This document shows positions 1 through 9,948 of a stretch of DNA of 64,000 bases, one piece after another. The DNA lies in assembly GCA_965216465.1 (NCBI GenBank), contig CBDCFW010000002.1, forward strand, positions 1-64,000, read 5' to 3'. Each line of letters opens with the position of its first letter. The first letter of the stretch is position 1. The position numbers were made by a program, and so were the translations under genes. Below the pieces are notes generated by a model. It searched no databases. It saw only the letters and a program-made list of their open reading frames with translations, and was not told the origin of the DNA. Source of the DNA: Bacteroidia bacterium (GTDB taxonomy: Bacteria > Bacteroidota > Bacteroidia > NS11-12g > UBA9320).

Positions 1-112
1 TGAAGAATTGGTATCTCGTTCTAGCATTATTAAAAATGCTGTAGATGCAGGTGATGTTAAAATTATTGCCGCATACTACAACCTTGATTCAGGCAAGGTA
101 GACTTTCTATAA
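1..112 (+). CDS. beta-carbonic anhydrase, C-terminal fragment (truncated by window start)
   Basis: The frame starting at nt 2 reads EELVSRSSIIKNAVDAGDVKIIAAYYNLDSGKVDFL* (TAA 110-112). This matches the typical beta-CA C-terminus (S-x-I-I...G-x-V-x-I-x-x-A-x-Y-D/N-L-x-S/T-G-x-V). Not in the ORF track. Confidence 0.8.
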   Translation, partial: EELVSRSSIIKNAVDAGDVKIIAAYYNLDSGKVDFL

Positions 113-166
113 GTAAGCAGTACTTAATTTACTTTTTTAGGCGTTCTTGTATATACAATAAAGTAT

Positions 167-1135
167 ATGCATGCTGGAATCGTCATATCTACACTTGTCC
201 TTTTTGGAGGCTTAACTTCAAGCGAAAAAGTCTATAACCGCTTGGAGAAGAAGTACATGCAAGACAGCGAAAAGTGTCTAAATCTTGCTCAGAAAATGGT
301 GAGTAAAGACCATACAAGACCTGAGCCTTACTACTTTATGGCTAAAGTTTACTACGATGAGTATGCTTCCAGTGCAAAGCGATCTCATAAGGTGAAATAT
401 TTTAATCGTTCTCTTTCGGGATTGTACAAAGCCCAAAAATATGGCTACGCAAAAATGCATAGGGCAAGTCTTGTTGATAGCCTTAAATCTCATATAATGA
501 AGGAGCTTCCTAAGCTTCGATCTGAGCTAAAGGAGCACAACGAAACAGATCGGCTTTTAGCTGTTGAAAGGAAAGCTGCACGTATTCATGGATATGTTCC
601 GGCAACAAAGGAGCCAAGTGATGACAAAGTAGAATCTCCAGACGTTACAGCACGTGTAAATGAAACATACGGATTGTATTTTGGTCTACCAACAGGCAAT
701 GAGGAGGTTCCGTCTGCAAATCATGCTAGTGAGCTAGAATTATTGGATATTTTAAACAAAGCAAGAGCTGAGAAAGGCATGGGTAAGCTGGTGTGGGATG
801 AAGACTTGGCACGTGCAGCTCGATACCATGCATGCGATATGGCCACCCAAGAATATTTTGATCACAGCTCGCACGACCGTGTAAAAGGTGAGCTGGTTGA
901 AGTGGGTGGGGCCTTTGAACGCATCCGAAAATTTTACACTTCAGGTTTTGTGAATTCTGAAAATCTTGCAGCAGGAAATCATGATCCTAAACGAACCTAC
1001 ATGCAGTGGTACAATAGCCCGGGGCATTATATGAACATGTTCAATGCAAGCAGTAAAAAGGTAGGTATTGGCTTGTATCAAAAATCTGGGAGTCCCTATA
1101 CCTATTACTGGGGATTTTGTACAGCTCTTAACTAG
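167..1135 (+). CDS. CAP (SCP/Tpx-1/Ag5) domain secreted protein with helical N-terminal region
   Basis: C-terminal CAP motifs: LNKARAEKG..L.WDEDLARAARYHACDM..YFDH, ENLAAG, WYNSPGHYMNM, VGIG. Hydrophobic N-terminus. Confidence 0.85.
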   Translation: MHAGIVISTLVLFGGLTSSEKVYNRLEKKYMQDSEKCLNLAQKMVSKDHTRPEPYYFMAKVYYDEYASSAKRSHKVKYFNRSLSGLYKAQKYGYAKMHRASLVDSLKSHIMKELPKLRSELKEHNETDRLLAVERKAARIHGYVPATKEPSDDKVESPDVTARVNETYGLYFGLPTGNEEVPSANHASELELLDILNKARAEKGMGKLVWDEDLARAARYHACDMATQEYFDHSSHDRVKGELVEVGGAFERIRKFYTSGFVNSENLAAGNHDPKRTYMQWYNSPGHYMNMFNASSKKVGIGLYQKSGSPYTYYWGFCTALN

Positions 1136-1192
1136 AACCATTTAGTGGTAAGCTTGTTTTCTTCATTATTACCATCAACATTGCTAAAATTA

Positions 1193-1200
1193 TATATTTG
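1193..1200 (+). promoter_or_regulatory. Bacteroidota sigma-70 -7 box (TATATTTG) upstream of bestrophin
   Basis: Matches TAnnTTTG and lies 7 nt before ATG 1208. Confidence 0.55.
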
Positions 1201-1207
1201 TTTCTAG

Positions 1208-2254
1208 ATGTACGTACGGAAAAATTTCACCTTTAAGAGTTTGATGCAATTCTCTGGGGTTCACATTATATGGTTAACCATTTGGGCCACTATTGCAACC
1301 AGCTTTATAGAATACTTGCACTACCTTAACATTTTTGCTTTTAAGGTACCTTGGCTACCCGTTTCATTGGTAGGTACTGCGGTAGCATTTTACGTTGGTT
1401 TTAAAAACAATTCCTCGTACGATAGATTGTGGGAAGCCCGTAAAATTTGGGGAGCAATAGTGAATAGTAGTCGAATGTGGGGTGCTAGTGTACGTGGATT
1501 TGTTACCAATCAGTTTAGAGAAGATGAGGTTAAAGATTCTCAGCTTCAGATGTTCCATAGAAGGTTGGTGTACAGACATATAGGTTGGCTCTATTCGTTA
1601 AGAAGTCAGTTGTTAATTCCTACCCAATGGGAGCATATCCGACAAAGTGGAAGAATGCAGCGCTATATTGAAATGCGTATGAAGTCATTCGGAATAGGGT
1701 TGTTCGATGATGACATTACAAAAGTTGAACTTCCAAAATGCCTTCCCCAAAATGAATTGGACGAATTAATCAATAGTCAAAATACAGCTACACAAATTAT
1801 CGATAACCAAGCGCAAGATTTAAAAATGCTACGTGAATTGCATTTGATCGATGATTTCCGTCATATGGAGTTACAAAACATTCTAAATGACTTTTATACC
1901 CATCAAGGCAAGTGTGAGCGTATTAAGAAATTCCCACTTCCACGGCAATACGGAAGTATGAGCTTCGTGTTTGTTGGACTCTTTATTTTCTTGCTTCCTT
2001 TTGGTTTGATTACCGAGTTTCACGACTTAAGTGAGTGGGGAGCATGGCTATCTATTCCTTTTACAGTTATTGTTGGATGGGTTTTTCTCATGATGGAATT
2101 GGTAGGGGATTATTCCGAAAATCCGTTTGAAGGTTTAGGTAATGATATACCTATGCTTGCACTGTGTAGGACTATAGAAATTGATCTTAAGGAGATGTTG
2201 GGTGAAACTAACCTTCCTCCTAAAATTGAGGCAGTTAACGACGTGCTGATGTAA
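1208..2254 (+). CDS. bestrophin-family ion channel (YneE-like)
   Basis: Motifs FKNNSSYDRLWEARKIWGAIVN, CERIKKFPLP and ENPF, plus four hydrophobic segments. Confidence 0.9.
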   Translation: MYVRKNFTFKSLMQFSGVHIIWLTIWATIATSFIEYLHYLNIFAFKVPWLPVSLVGTAVAFYVGFKNNSSYDRLWEARKIWGAIVNSSRMWGASVRGFVTNQFREDEVKDSQLQMFHRRLVYRHIGWLYSLRSQLLIPTQWEHIRQSGRMQRYIEMRMKSFGIGLFDDDITKVELPKCLPQNELDELINSQNTATQIIDNQAQDLKMLRELHLIDDFRHMELQNILNDFYTHQGKCERIKKFPLPRQYGSMSFVFVGLFIFLLPFGLITEFHDLSEWGAWLSIPFTVIVGWVFLMMELVGDYSENPFEGLGNDIPMLALCRTIEIDLKEMLGETNLPPKIEAVNDVLM

Positions 2255-2255
2255 G

Positions 2256-3584
2256 CTAGAGTATTCCTTTTGCCTTAATTTCTAGGTATTTATTTATGGT
2301 ATCTGTTGTTAGACTCTTTGGGTCTGTAAGCAACGTTTGAATGCCGTGAGAATTTAATTCCTTAACCATTAATCGCTTTTGATACGATTGCTTTTCTGCC
2401 ACTGCTTTAAAGTAGTAATCTGATTGTTCATTTGCAGAAGTTTGTATCATTTGTTCAACCTCACTGTTGTTAAAAAAGATTACAACCAAGACGTTGGTTT
2501 TGGCCATTCCTTGCAAGTATGGTAGCTGTCTCTTCAGTGAGTTCATGTCTTCGAAATTGCTAAACAGCAGTAACAAACTTCTATGGTTTACGCGAAATTT
2601 AAGTTCAGAATAGAGCTTTTCAAAGTTAGACTCAAAGAACTGTGTCTCAAGCTTGTATAGCAAATGAAGAATCTTTTGCATCTGAGAAATGTTCTTATTT
2701 GGTGCCAGCATCTTGTCAATTTTCTTATTGAAATGAACCAATCCTACACGATCATTATTCTTCACAATTACTTGACTCATCGCCAAGGCTGAATTAATAG
2801 CGTAGTCTAATAAGCTAAGTCCATCAAAAGGCATTTGCATAGCTCGTCCTGTGTCAATTACACAAAAGATTTGTTGTGCTTTTTCTTCTGTGTACTGATT
2901 CACCATCAACGCATTCTTTTTGGCACTTGCTTTCCAGTTAATGTGTCGCATATCGTCTCCTTTGATGTATCCTTTTATTTGTTCAAATTCGGTTGAATGC
3001 CCAATTTTTCTAATCTTCTTGGCTCCTAATTCTGAAGTGTAGTATTTGAAATTCTGTAGGTTGTATCGATTAAGGTGAATATACGATGGGTAAACGGCAA
3101 TAGGCTCTGCAGTCTGAAGCGTGTACTTTCTTCTCAATATTCGAAGAGGCGATTTTACGAGTAAAATAGTATTTCCAAATTGGTATTCACCCCGTTCTGA
3201 AGGCTGCAAGATATACTCCATCCGTTTTGTGCTCATTGGGGAGACACGGGTGTTAAAATTTAACTTTCGTATTCCCAATTGATAGGGAATCTCTTCGTAA
3301 ATTTTAACCGTAATTGGAAATCGATAGGTGTTGTTAATGACAATGGTGCAGGGATTTTCATCACCATTCGACAGAATCTTTCGAATTTCACGTGTACCCG
3401 TAATTCTCGTTCTTGCAAAGAGAAGAATTAGGTCAAGAATGAAGGCAAAACCGGTGATTGCAAGAATTGTAAGGGCTGCAAGATAATAGGTAGGGTAAAA
3501 GTGTCCAAAAACAAAAGTTGCTGAAGCCGCGCCTAACAAAATGAAGAAAACTTCATTCAGAAATATGTTATTCCAGAATTTCAA
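2256..3584 (-). CDS. DUF58 domain protein (MoxR partner)
   Basis: EFEQIKGYIKGDDMRHINWKASAK, DTGRAM and DRVGL motifs; two N-terminal TM helices; adjacent to MoxR. Confidence 0.9.
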   Translation of the reverse strand: MKFWNNIFLNEVFFILLGAASATFVFGHFYPTYYLAALTILAITGFAFILDLILLFARTRITGTREIRKILSNGDENPCTIVINNTYRFPITVKIYEEIPYQLGIRKLNFNTRVSPMSTKRMEYILQPSERGEYQFGNTILLVKSPLRILRRKYTLQTAEPIAVYPSYIHLNRYNLQNFKYYTSELGAKKIRKIGHSTEFEQIKGYIKGDDMRHINWKASAKKNALMVNQYTEEKAQQIFCVIDTGRAMQMPFDGLSLLDYAINSALAMSQVIVKNNDRVGLVHFNKKIDKMLAPNKNISQMQKILHLLYKLETQFFESNFEKLYSELKFRVNHRSLLLLFSNFEDMNSLKRQLPYLQGMAKTNVLVVIFFNNSEVEQMIQTSANEQSDYYFKAVAEKQSYQKRLMVKELNSHGIQTLLTDPKSLTTDTINKYLEIKAKGIL

Positions 3585-3587
3585 CGA

Positions 3588-4634
3588 TTAACGCGGTACT
3601 TCGATTGATTCGATTTGTTCTTTAAGAATGAAATCTGGAGTAAGACCTTCCATTTCTTTCTCAGGAGACACAATTATTCGGTGACGTAATGCCGGAAGTG
3701 CTACAAATTTTACATCCTCAGGAATTACAAAATCTCTTCCATTAATTGCCGCCTTTGCTTTAGCTGCAGATAGTATAGATATAGAAGCACGTGGTGATGC
3801 TCCCATGTACAAGAACGGATTGTTTCTTGTTTGATGAACAATTTTAGCGATGTACTCGATAATTGATTTCTCAACGGTCACATTCATAGCAATACGTTGA
3901 ATATCAATAATTTCTGCAGAGCTTAGAATAGCTTCTACCTCAGACATTTCTGATTTGTTCTTTCGATCATTGTGTTTTTCTATAATCGTGATTTCGTCTT
4001 TAAGGTCTGGATAGCCAATATTAATCTTAAACAAGAACCGGTCGAGTTGAGCCTCAGGTAAACGGTAGGTCCCTTCTTGTTCAATTGGGTTTTGCGTAGC
4101 TAAAACAATAAAAGGTTCTTCCATCGTATAGGTTGAACCGTCAATCGTGATTTGCTTTTCGGCCATAACCTCAAATAATGCCGATTGCGTTTTTGCTGGA
4201 GCTCTATTGATTTCGTCAATAAGAACTAAATTCGAAAAAACGGGTCCACTTCTAAACTCAAATTCAGTTGTTTTTGGGTTGAATACTGAAGTTCCTAGTA
4301 TGTCAGAAGGCATGAGGTCTGGGGTGAATTGAATTCTTGAGTAATCGATGTGCATCGACTGTGCCAACAACTTTGCTGAAAGTGTTTTTGCGATACCCGG
4401 AACTCCTTCTATAAGGCAGTGTCCGTTCGCAATTATGCTAATAATCAAAGCTTCAATTAGTTCCGATTGACCAATAATCACTTTACCCAATTCACTTTTT
4501 ATTTTATTAACTCCTGTGCTAATCTTACTCAATTCAATATTGGGTTTGAAAGAATCAACTTCAGGTGTATTATTTCCTTCAGGAGCGGGTGTTTGATTCA
4601 CTTCCTCAGGATTGTTTTCGGGAGTATCATTCAT
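3588..4634 (-). CDS. moxR: MoxR-family AAA+ ATPase
   Basis: Walker A GVPGIAKT, RIQFTPDLMPSD, DEINRAPAKTQSALFE, ATQNPIEQEGTYRLPEAQLDRF. Confidence 0.95.
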   Translation of the reverse strand: MNDTPENNPEEVNQTPAPEGNNTPEVDSFKPNIELSKISTGVNKIKSELGKVIIGQSELIEALIISIIANGHCLIEGVPGIAKTLSAKLLAQSMHIDYSRIQFTPDLMPSDILGTSVFNPKTTEFEFRSGPVFSNLVLIDEINRAPAKTQSALFEVMAEKQITIDGSTYTMEEPFIVLATQNPIEQEGTYRLPEAQLDRFLFKINIGYPDLKDEITIIEKHNDRKNKSEMSEVEAILSSAEIIDIQRIAMNVTVEKSIIEYIAKIVHQTRNNPFLYMGASPRASISILSAAKAKAAINGRDFVIPEDVKFVALPALRHRIIVSPEKEMEGLTPDFILKEQIESIEVPR

Positions 4635-5829
4635 ATATTTTTAATTTTTTAATGTTTCGTTCTATTATCGTGTTAAATGCTATAAACTCTTCTCGACTTA
4701 AGTACCGAGCACTTCGTGTTTTATGGAGTGTTGATACAAAGACTTCGACGTTATTCGAATGAACACCCACCTTGCTAGCAAACTGCTTTTTAAAGTTATC
4801 GTTGAGCTCAGTGGTATCAAGATGGTGTTTGTTTCTTATTCGGTCCAAAATAAAATTAACTCTATACTTAGCCAAATCAACATGGTTTTTCTGATTCATG
4901 AACAGGGTAGCAATTGTTTTGATAAAAGCTACCGAGTTGTTTTCTTGTGGCTTGTAAATCTTTAATTCTCTAGTAACGCGTTTGTAGTTGAATATTAAGA
5001 GCAGAATAACGCAGGAAACTAAGGTGAAAAAACCGTAGCGTAACGATTTGTTAGCCATGATGAAACGAAGTAATCCTGTCGTTCCGCCTTGTTGCTCTTG
5101 CCGGTAGAAACGTTTTCGTGTGTTTTTACCATCCCATATTAGCTCGTCAGTATGAACTAGGTGTCGCAGTGTACTAAGTGCGTAAGTCCCATCCTTTTTG
5201 TTTAGCATGTGGTAATTGGTAAACAATTCTGGGTTACAATGAAGTAAGATTTGAGCATTTGTTCCTCCAAAACTGTACGAAATAAAATTGGGTTTCTGTT
5301 CGCCGTTAACCTCTATTGTTCCAAGCACTCGTACATTGTCAGGAAGATTGCTGAAATAGAAGACTTGGGTTTCAATGTTTTCAATTTCAAAGTTATCAAC
5401 TCCATTCGGCTTTGTTAGGGTTAGTTTACAAGGCTCTTTTGCATAGAAGTAACTTGTTTGAATATCGTACGTCTCAAAGAAGACACGATTAAAATTGGTA
5501 GAAGCAACAAATATTCCATTGTCATACATCATAAAATCTAACAACTCTGCTTGAATTGCAGAGTCCATATAACGCAAGGTGCGATTGATGTAGAAATATG
5601 TACCGTGCTCAATATATTCCTCGATTAAAAAATCGGGAGTTTTTGAATTGATGTTTTGAAAAAGGGCGTCAGGAAATGATGCCTCCAGCTCTTTGTGAAA
5701 CACATAGGTTCCATAAGGCTGTTTGTACTGAGATTCATAATACCTTGACCAATCCGAAACTCTAGGCGAAGAGCTAAAACCACAGAATAGGCAACCCAAT
5801 AACGCTATGACAATTATTTTAATTCTCAT
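4627..5829 (-). CDS. DUF4350-like membrane-anchored protein
   Basis: W..YY....KQPYGTYVF and P.LFTNY motifs, C-terminal TM followed by KR, position in the MoxR cluster. Confidence 0.7.
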   Translation of the reverse strand: MRIKIIVIALLGCLFCGFSSSPRVSDWSRYYESQYKQPYGTYVFHKELEASFPDALFQNINSKTPDFLIEEYIEHGTYFYINRTLRYMDSAIQAELLDFMMYDNGIFVASTNFNRVFFETYDIQTSYFYAKEPCKLTLTKPNGVDNFEIENIETQVFYFSNLPDNVRVLGTIEVNGEQKPNFISYSFGGTNAQILLHCNPELFTNYHMLNKKDGTYALSTLRHLVHTDELIWDGKNTRKRFYRQEQQGGTTGLLRFIMANKSLRYGFFTLVSCVILLLIFNYKRVTRELKIYKPQENNSVAFIKTIATLFMNQKNHVDLAKYRVNFILDRIRNKHHLDTTELNDNFKKQFASKVGVHSNNVEVFVSTLHKTRSARYLSREEFIAFNTIIERNIKKLKIYE

Positions 5830-6587
5830 GAAACATTAATCTTTTGGGTGAATTGTTGCTCTAAGTACTCGAAGCTGTCTTTGTTTAATGCCTTTTTTCC
5901 ATACCAAACGTACTCGAATAGATAAGATACCTGTGTAAACTCAACTATTTTCTCATCGTCTTTAATCTCCATAAGGTAATCGGCATTTGTTTTGTCGATG
6001 TGAAACTCAACTAACTTTAAGTCTTGAAGTTTATTCAAGTAAAGAAGGAAATAGTAGCGTATTGCTAAAGCGTAATTTTCATTTTTCTTTGCTTGAGCGA
6101 TTAGGTATGTTAAGCTCGTTTTATCAATTTTTTCTTCAATAATTTCTTCTTCATCAGCCTCGTATTCTGTGTTTTCGAGTTTTTTGTTACCTGGCTTATA
6201 ATTGAAATTTTGTACTAACTTAAAAATAATAAATGCCAATAAGGCCACGGCCAAAACCAAAAGTAGATTCATGAAAAACTTTGGCCATCCCGTAAAGCTT
6301 ACTTCTCTAGGAGCTTCGTATGAATTATCTACAGGTTCTTCTTTCTTCTTTTCTTCTGGAAGTTCTTTGATGTAGGTAAAATCTTCTCCTTTATACTTCG
6401 ATTTGTAGTCATCGTCGATGTCAATTTCATTGTATCCTGCACTGCCATAAATCACCTCATATTTTTTGTCTATTCGCAGTTCGTCATCATCGTTTTCCTC
6501 ATAGTACGTGTACTCTTCAGATTCGTACTGAGCGAAAACAGGTGCAATACACAGTAATATGAAAAACAAAACACTAGTTCTCATCAT
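5826..6587 (-). CDS. DUF4129-like membrane protein
   Basis: YALAIRYYFL, KTNADY and FEYVWYG motifs; signal peptide and one TM helix. Confidence 0.75.
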   Translation of the reverse strand: MMRTSVLFFILLCIAPVFAQYESEEYTYYEENDDDELRIDKKYEVIYGSAGYNEIDIDDDYKSKYKGEDFTYIKELPEEKKKEEPVDNSYEAPREVSFTGWPKFFMNLLLVLAVALLAFIIFKLVQNFNYKPGNKKLENTEYEADEEEIIEEKIDKTSLTYLIAQAKKNENYALAIRYYFLLYLNKLQDLKLVEFHIDKTNADYLMEIKDDEKIVEFTQVSYLFEYVWYGKKALNKDSFEYLEQQFTQKINVS

Positions 6588-7581
6588 CGTTGTTTAGAAA
6601 CATTTGTTCAAACGAAGTATTCATCTTTCTGTGTTGAACTACAGGGTACACGAGATAGTAAAAAGTTATTAATCCCAATGTGCCAAAAATGATAGTCAAT
6701 GTAAGAGCCATTGGCATCTCATTGTAGTATTGAGTTACAAAGCCTTCGAGTAAACCTGCACATATAGTGAAAGGTATGGTACTGAGCAAAATAAGCAGAG
6801 ACTCTTTTCCATTAAGCAGAAATGCTTTTTTTCTAGATAGTGATCCAGGAAAAAGCCATCCTACACCAAGTAGAAATCCAGCCCCGGCTTCAATAACCAT
6901 GGCAAACAGCTCCATTGCTCCATGAATCCATATTGCCGACATTGACAATCCGAGTACATCGGCCTGATAGAACATGGTCAAGAAAGAGCCTACCATTATC
7001 GAATTGGTAAATAGAATCTTTAATGTACCAATTCCGAACACTATTCCTGAAAGGTAAGACAAGATGCCAACGCGAATATTGTTAACTGTTATTCCAATAA
7101 AGCTTCCTAAATCTCCAAGTGATGTAGCATTCGTATAAACTGCAGCAGGATCTCCATTTTCAATGTTCTCCATCGACATGTCAACGTAATGATCGCCTAA
7201 AATTGAGCGTACAAACGAGTCGTCGTAAAGCGAAGATAGAATCCCTATTCCCATAACGATTAAAAAAACAGATAAGGCAAAGTAGATATATCTACGATGC
7301 TTAAACGCTAGTAATGGAACATCGTGCTTCCAAAAACGAACGATGTGGCCATATGACGTCTTAGGTTTAACAACCTTAAGATAGGCGTTAGAGGTTAATG
7401 CATTAAGGTAAACATTTACCTTGCTTTTGGGATAATAAGTTTGGGTGTAAGCTAGATCATTGTTAAGCTGAACAAACAATTCTGAAAGGTGGTCAGCTTC
7501 AACTGGTTCATTATAATAGAGATAATTTTCAAACTCAAGCCATTTGTCTTTATTTTGCTTTATAAAGGAAACTTCTCTCAA
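6574..7581 (-). CDS. stage II sporulation protein M-like (DUF95) membrane protein
   Basis: MREVSFIKQN N-terminus (TTG start), DLAYTQTYYP, NNIRVG, IWIHG..EL, EGFVT. Confidence 0.85.
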   Translation of the reverse strand: MREVSFIKQNKDKWLEFENYLYYNEPVEADHLSELFVQLNNDLAYTQTYYPKSKVNVYLNALTSNAYLKVVKPKTSYGHIVRFWKHDVPLLAFKHRRYIYFALSVFLIVMGIGILSSLYDDSFVRSILGDHYVDMSMENIENGDPAAVYTNATSLGDLGSFIGITVNNIRVGILSYLSGIVFGIGTLKILFTNSIMVGSFLTMFYQADVLGLSMSAIWIHGAMELFAMVIEAGAGFLLGVGWLFPGSLSRKKAFLLNGKESLLILLSTIPFTICAGLLEGFVTQYYNEMPMALTLTIIFGTLGLITFYYLVYPVVQHRKMNTSFEQMFLNNDDEN

Positions 7582-7603
7582 TAGATTTTCTTTTAAATAG
7601 TCT

Positions 7604-8404
7604 ATGGCAAATTTAAACGTAAAAACGAGTTTTAATACTAAACTTCAATTTAATGCAAATTCAATGGCTAGAAGAATCGTGGCATATGTTCTTGATGTTC
7701 TGGTTATGGCTCTATATGTCTATGTATTAGTAACCATTTTAGACCAAATTGATTTTGATTTAGGTGATGAATATGACCCCGATGCATACTGGATTAGCCG
7801 TGGATGGATTGCCCTACTATCTTTACCTATAATCTTTTATACCCTCGTTTCGGAGGTGGTAAGCGGCGGGTATACACTTGGAAAGTATGCCATGGGTATA
7901 AAGGTTGTTAAAATAGACGGCTTTCAACCCACCTTTGTTGAGTTCTTTATTCGATGGATATTTAGAGTTGTTGACATTTATTCTGTGGTAATCGTGGCCA
8001 TAGTTTTAGCCAATGAAATACTTATAGGCCTAGCCATGGCTACCACGGGTATGGTAGGGATAATTGCAATTACGGCAAGCCGAAAAGGGCAACGTTTAGG
8101 AGATCAGGTTGCTGGAACGACTGTTATCCGATCAAAGCTCAGACAGGACATTAAAATTACCATTTTGCAGAACCTTGAAGACGGGTACAAACCGATGTAT
8201 CCTCAAGTGGTTAAGCTTTCTGACAACGATGCCAGGATAATTAAAGAAACGTATGAGAATGCAGTGCGTATTAACGATACTAAACTGATGTTAAAATTGG
8301 TCTCAAAAATTGAAGACGTTATCCAAATTAAGAATACAATTGAACCCAAAGACTTTATCAGAATAGTACTGAAAGACTTCAATTACTACACACAGAATAT
8401 GTAG
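7604..8404 (+). CDS. RDD family membrane protein
   Basis: RRIVAYVLD, G.TLGK..MGIKVV, QRLGDQVAGTTVI. Confidence 0.9.
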   Translation: MANLNVKTSFNTKLQFNANSMARRIVAYVLDVLVMALYVYVLVTILDQIDFDLGDEYDPDAYWISRGWIALLSLPIIFYTLVSEVVSGGYTLGKYAMGIKVVKIDGFQPTFVEFFIRWIFRVVDIYSVVIVAIVLANEILIGLAMATTGMVGIIAITASRKGQRLGDQVAGTTVIRSKLRQDIKITILQNLEDGYKPMYPQVVKLSDNDARIIKETYENAVRINDTKLMLKLVSKIEDVIQIKNTIEPKDFIRIVLKDFNYYTQNM

Positions 8405-8461
8405 CAGGTAAATATCTGCTCGATTCTTTACTTACAACTTTTTTATATTTCTTTGTTCGGT

Positions 8462-9916
8462 ATGGATGAGCAGAAAATTGTAAAGAACAGGGAATTATCA
8501 ATTTGGGAAGCCTTAATACCGGTTTTTGCCTTAATCGGTATGTTAGCTTACAATGTTTTTGTTTTTGGCGACGATGCCATTAGTGGTAGTAATCAGTTTA
8601 TTCTACTACTGGGTGGGGGAGTAGCAGCATTGGTTGGATACTTCAATAAAGTGAAGTTTGAAACTATGCTAGATAATGTAGGGAGCAACTTGAAATCGGT
8701 ATCATCTGCCATTATTATTCTCTTGCTTGTCGGCTCGTTAGCAGCATCATGGTTAATTAGTGGCATCATACCAGCAATGATCTATTATGGCCTGCAACTA
8801 ATTAATCCAGTCATATTTTTACCGGCAACGGTAATTATTGCGGCGATTATTTCAGTAGCAACTGGAAGTTCCTGGACAACTTCGGCCACGGTAGGTATTG
8901 CATTAATCGCAATTGGGAAAGCTATTGGTCTTCCGGTCGGAATGGTTGCAGGGGCAGTTATTTCAGGGGCGTATTTTGGAGACAAGATGTCTCCGATGTC
9001 TGATACAACAAATTTAGCATCTGCCATTTCAGGAGCACCACTTATGAGCCATATACGATACATGATGTACACAACAGTCCCCTCAATCGTAATAACCATT
9101 GTTGTGTTTACGATTTTAAGTCTGACTTACGACACGTCTGCAATAGTTGGCAAGGAAGTTTTGCTAGGGTCAATTAAGGAAAGCTTTAACATTTCACCAT
9201 GGTTGTTTGTGGTTCCTGTTGTGATAATAGCAATGATCATTAGAAAGGTACAACCCATTATAGCACTTTTACTTGGAAGTTTATTAGGGCTGTTATTTGC
9301 ACTCATATTTCAGCCTAATCTTATTGCTCAACTATCTGGAGCAACTCACTTAGGAATTAGTGAAAACTATATGGTGTTGATGGATGCTGCTACACGAGGA
9401 TTAACAGTCGAAACGTCAAATGCCCAATTGAATGATCTTTTTTCTTCTGGTGGGATGAAAGGCATGCTAGGAACAATCTGGTTAATTATAACTGCAATGA
9501 TTTTTGGAGGGATAATGGAATCGATAGGAGCCTTGAGCAGAATAAGTCAGGCACTGCTCAGTATGGCAAAATCTGTATTTGGACTTTTTGCAAGTACTGT
9601 GGCGAGTTGCTTGGCTCTAAACATTACAGCAAGTGATCAATATTTGGCTATTGTGGTGCCAGGCAAAATGTTTAAACAGGCATTTGATGATAAAGATCTG
9701 GCCCCAGAAAATTTAAGTAGATCGCTTGAAGATAGTGGTACGGTTACATCTGTATTAATTCCTTGGAATACGTGCGGTGCCTATCAAAGTGCTGCATTAC
9801 AAGTGGATGTTGTTGAGTATTTTGCCTTTGCAATTTTTAATTACCTCAGTCCGCTTATGACCTTAATTTTTGCTGCATTCAGAATAAAACTGAAGCAAAA
9901 AAAGCATAACACATAA
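8462..9916 (+). CDS. nhaC: Na+/H+ antiporter NhaC
   Basis: TGSSWTT..TVGIAL, GAVISGAYFGDKMSPMSDTTNL and LIPWNTCG motifs; about 12 TM helices. ATG 8462 preferred over TTG 8453. Confidence 0.9.
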   Translation: MDEQKIVKNRELSIWEALIPVFALIGMLAYNVFVFGDDAISGSNQFILLLGGGVAALVGYFNKVKFETMLDNVGSNLKSVSSAIIILLLVGSLAASWLISGIIPAMIYYGLQLINPVIFLPATVIIAAIISVATGSSWTTSATVGIALIAIGKAIGLPVGMVAGAVISGAYFGDKMSPMSDTTNLASAISGAPLMSHIRYMMYTTVPSIVITIVVFTILSLTYDTSAIVGKEVLLGSIKESFNISPWLFVVPVVIIAMIIRKVQPIIALLLGSLLGLLFALIFQPNLIAQLSGATHLGISENYMVLMDAATRGLTVETSNAQLNDLFSSGGMKGMLGTIWLIITAMIFGGIMESIGALSRISQALLSMAKSVFGLFASTVASCLALNITASDQYLAIVVPGKMFKQAFDDKDLAPENLSRSLEDSGTVTSVLIPWNTCGAYQSAALQVDVVEYFAFAIFNYLSPLMTLIFAAFRIKLKQKKHNT

Positions 9917-9929
9917 GTGCTATGCTTTT
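9900..9929. terminator. bidirectional intrinsic terminator between convergent nhaC and the 9949-10398 gene
   Basis: AAAAGCATAACAC-ATAA-GTGCTATGCTTTT hairpin with one mismatch and A/T tails on both sides. Confidence 0.65.
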
Positions 9930-9948
9930 AAAGATTGATATTTTTTTA

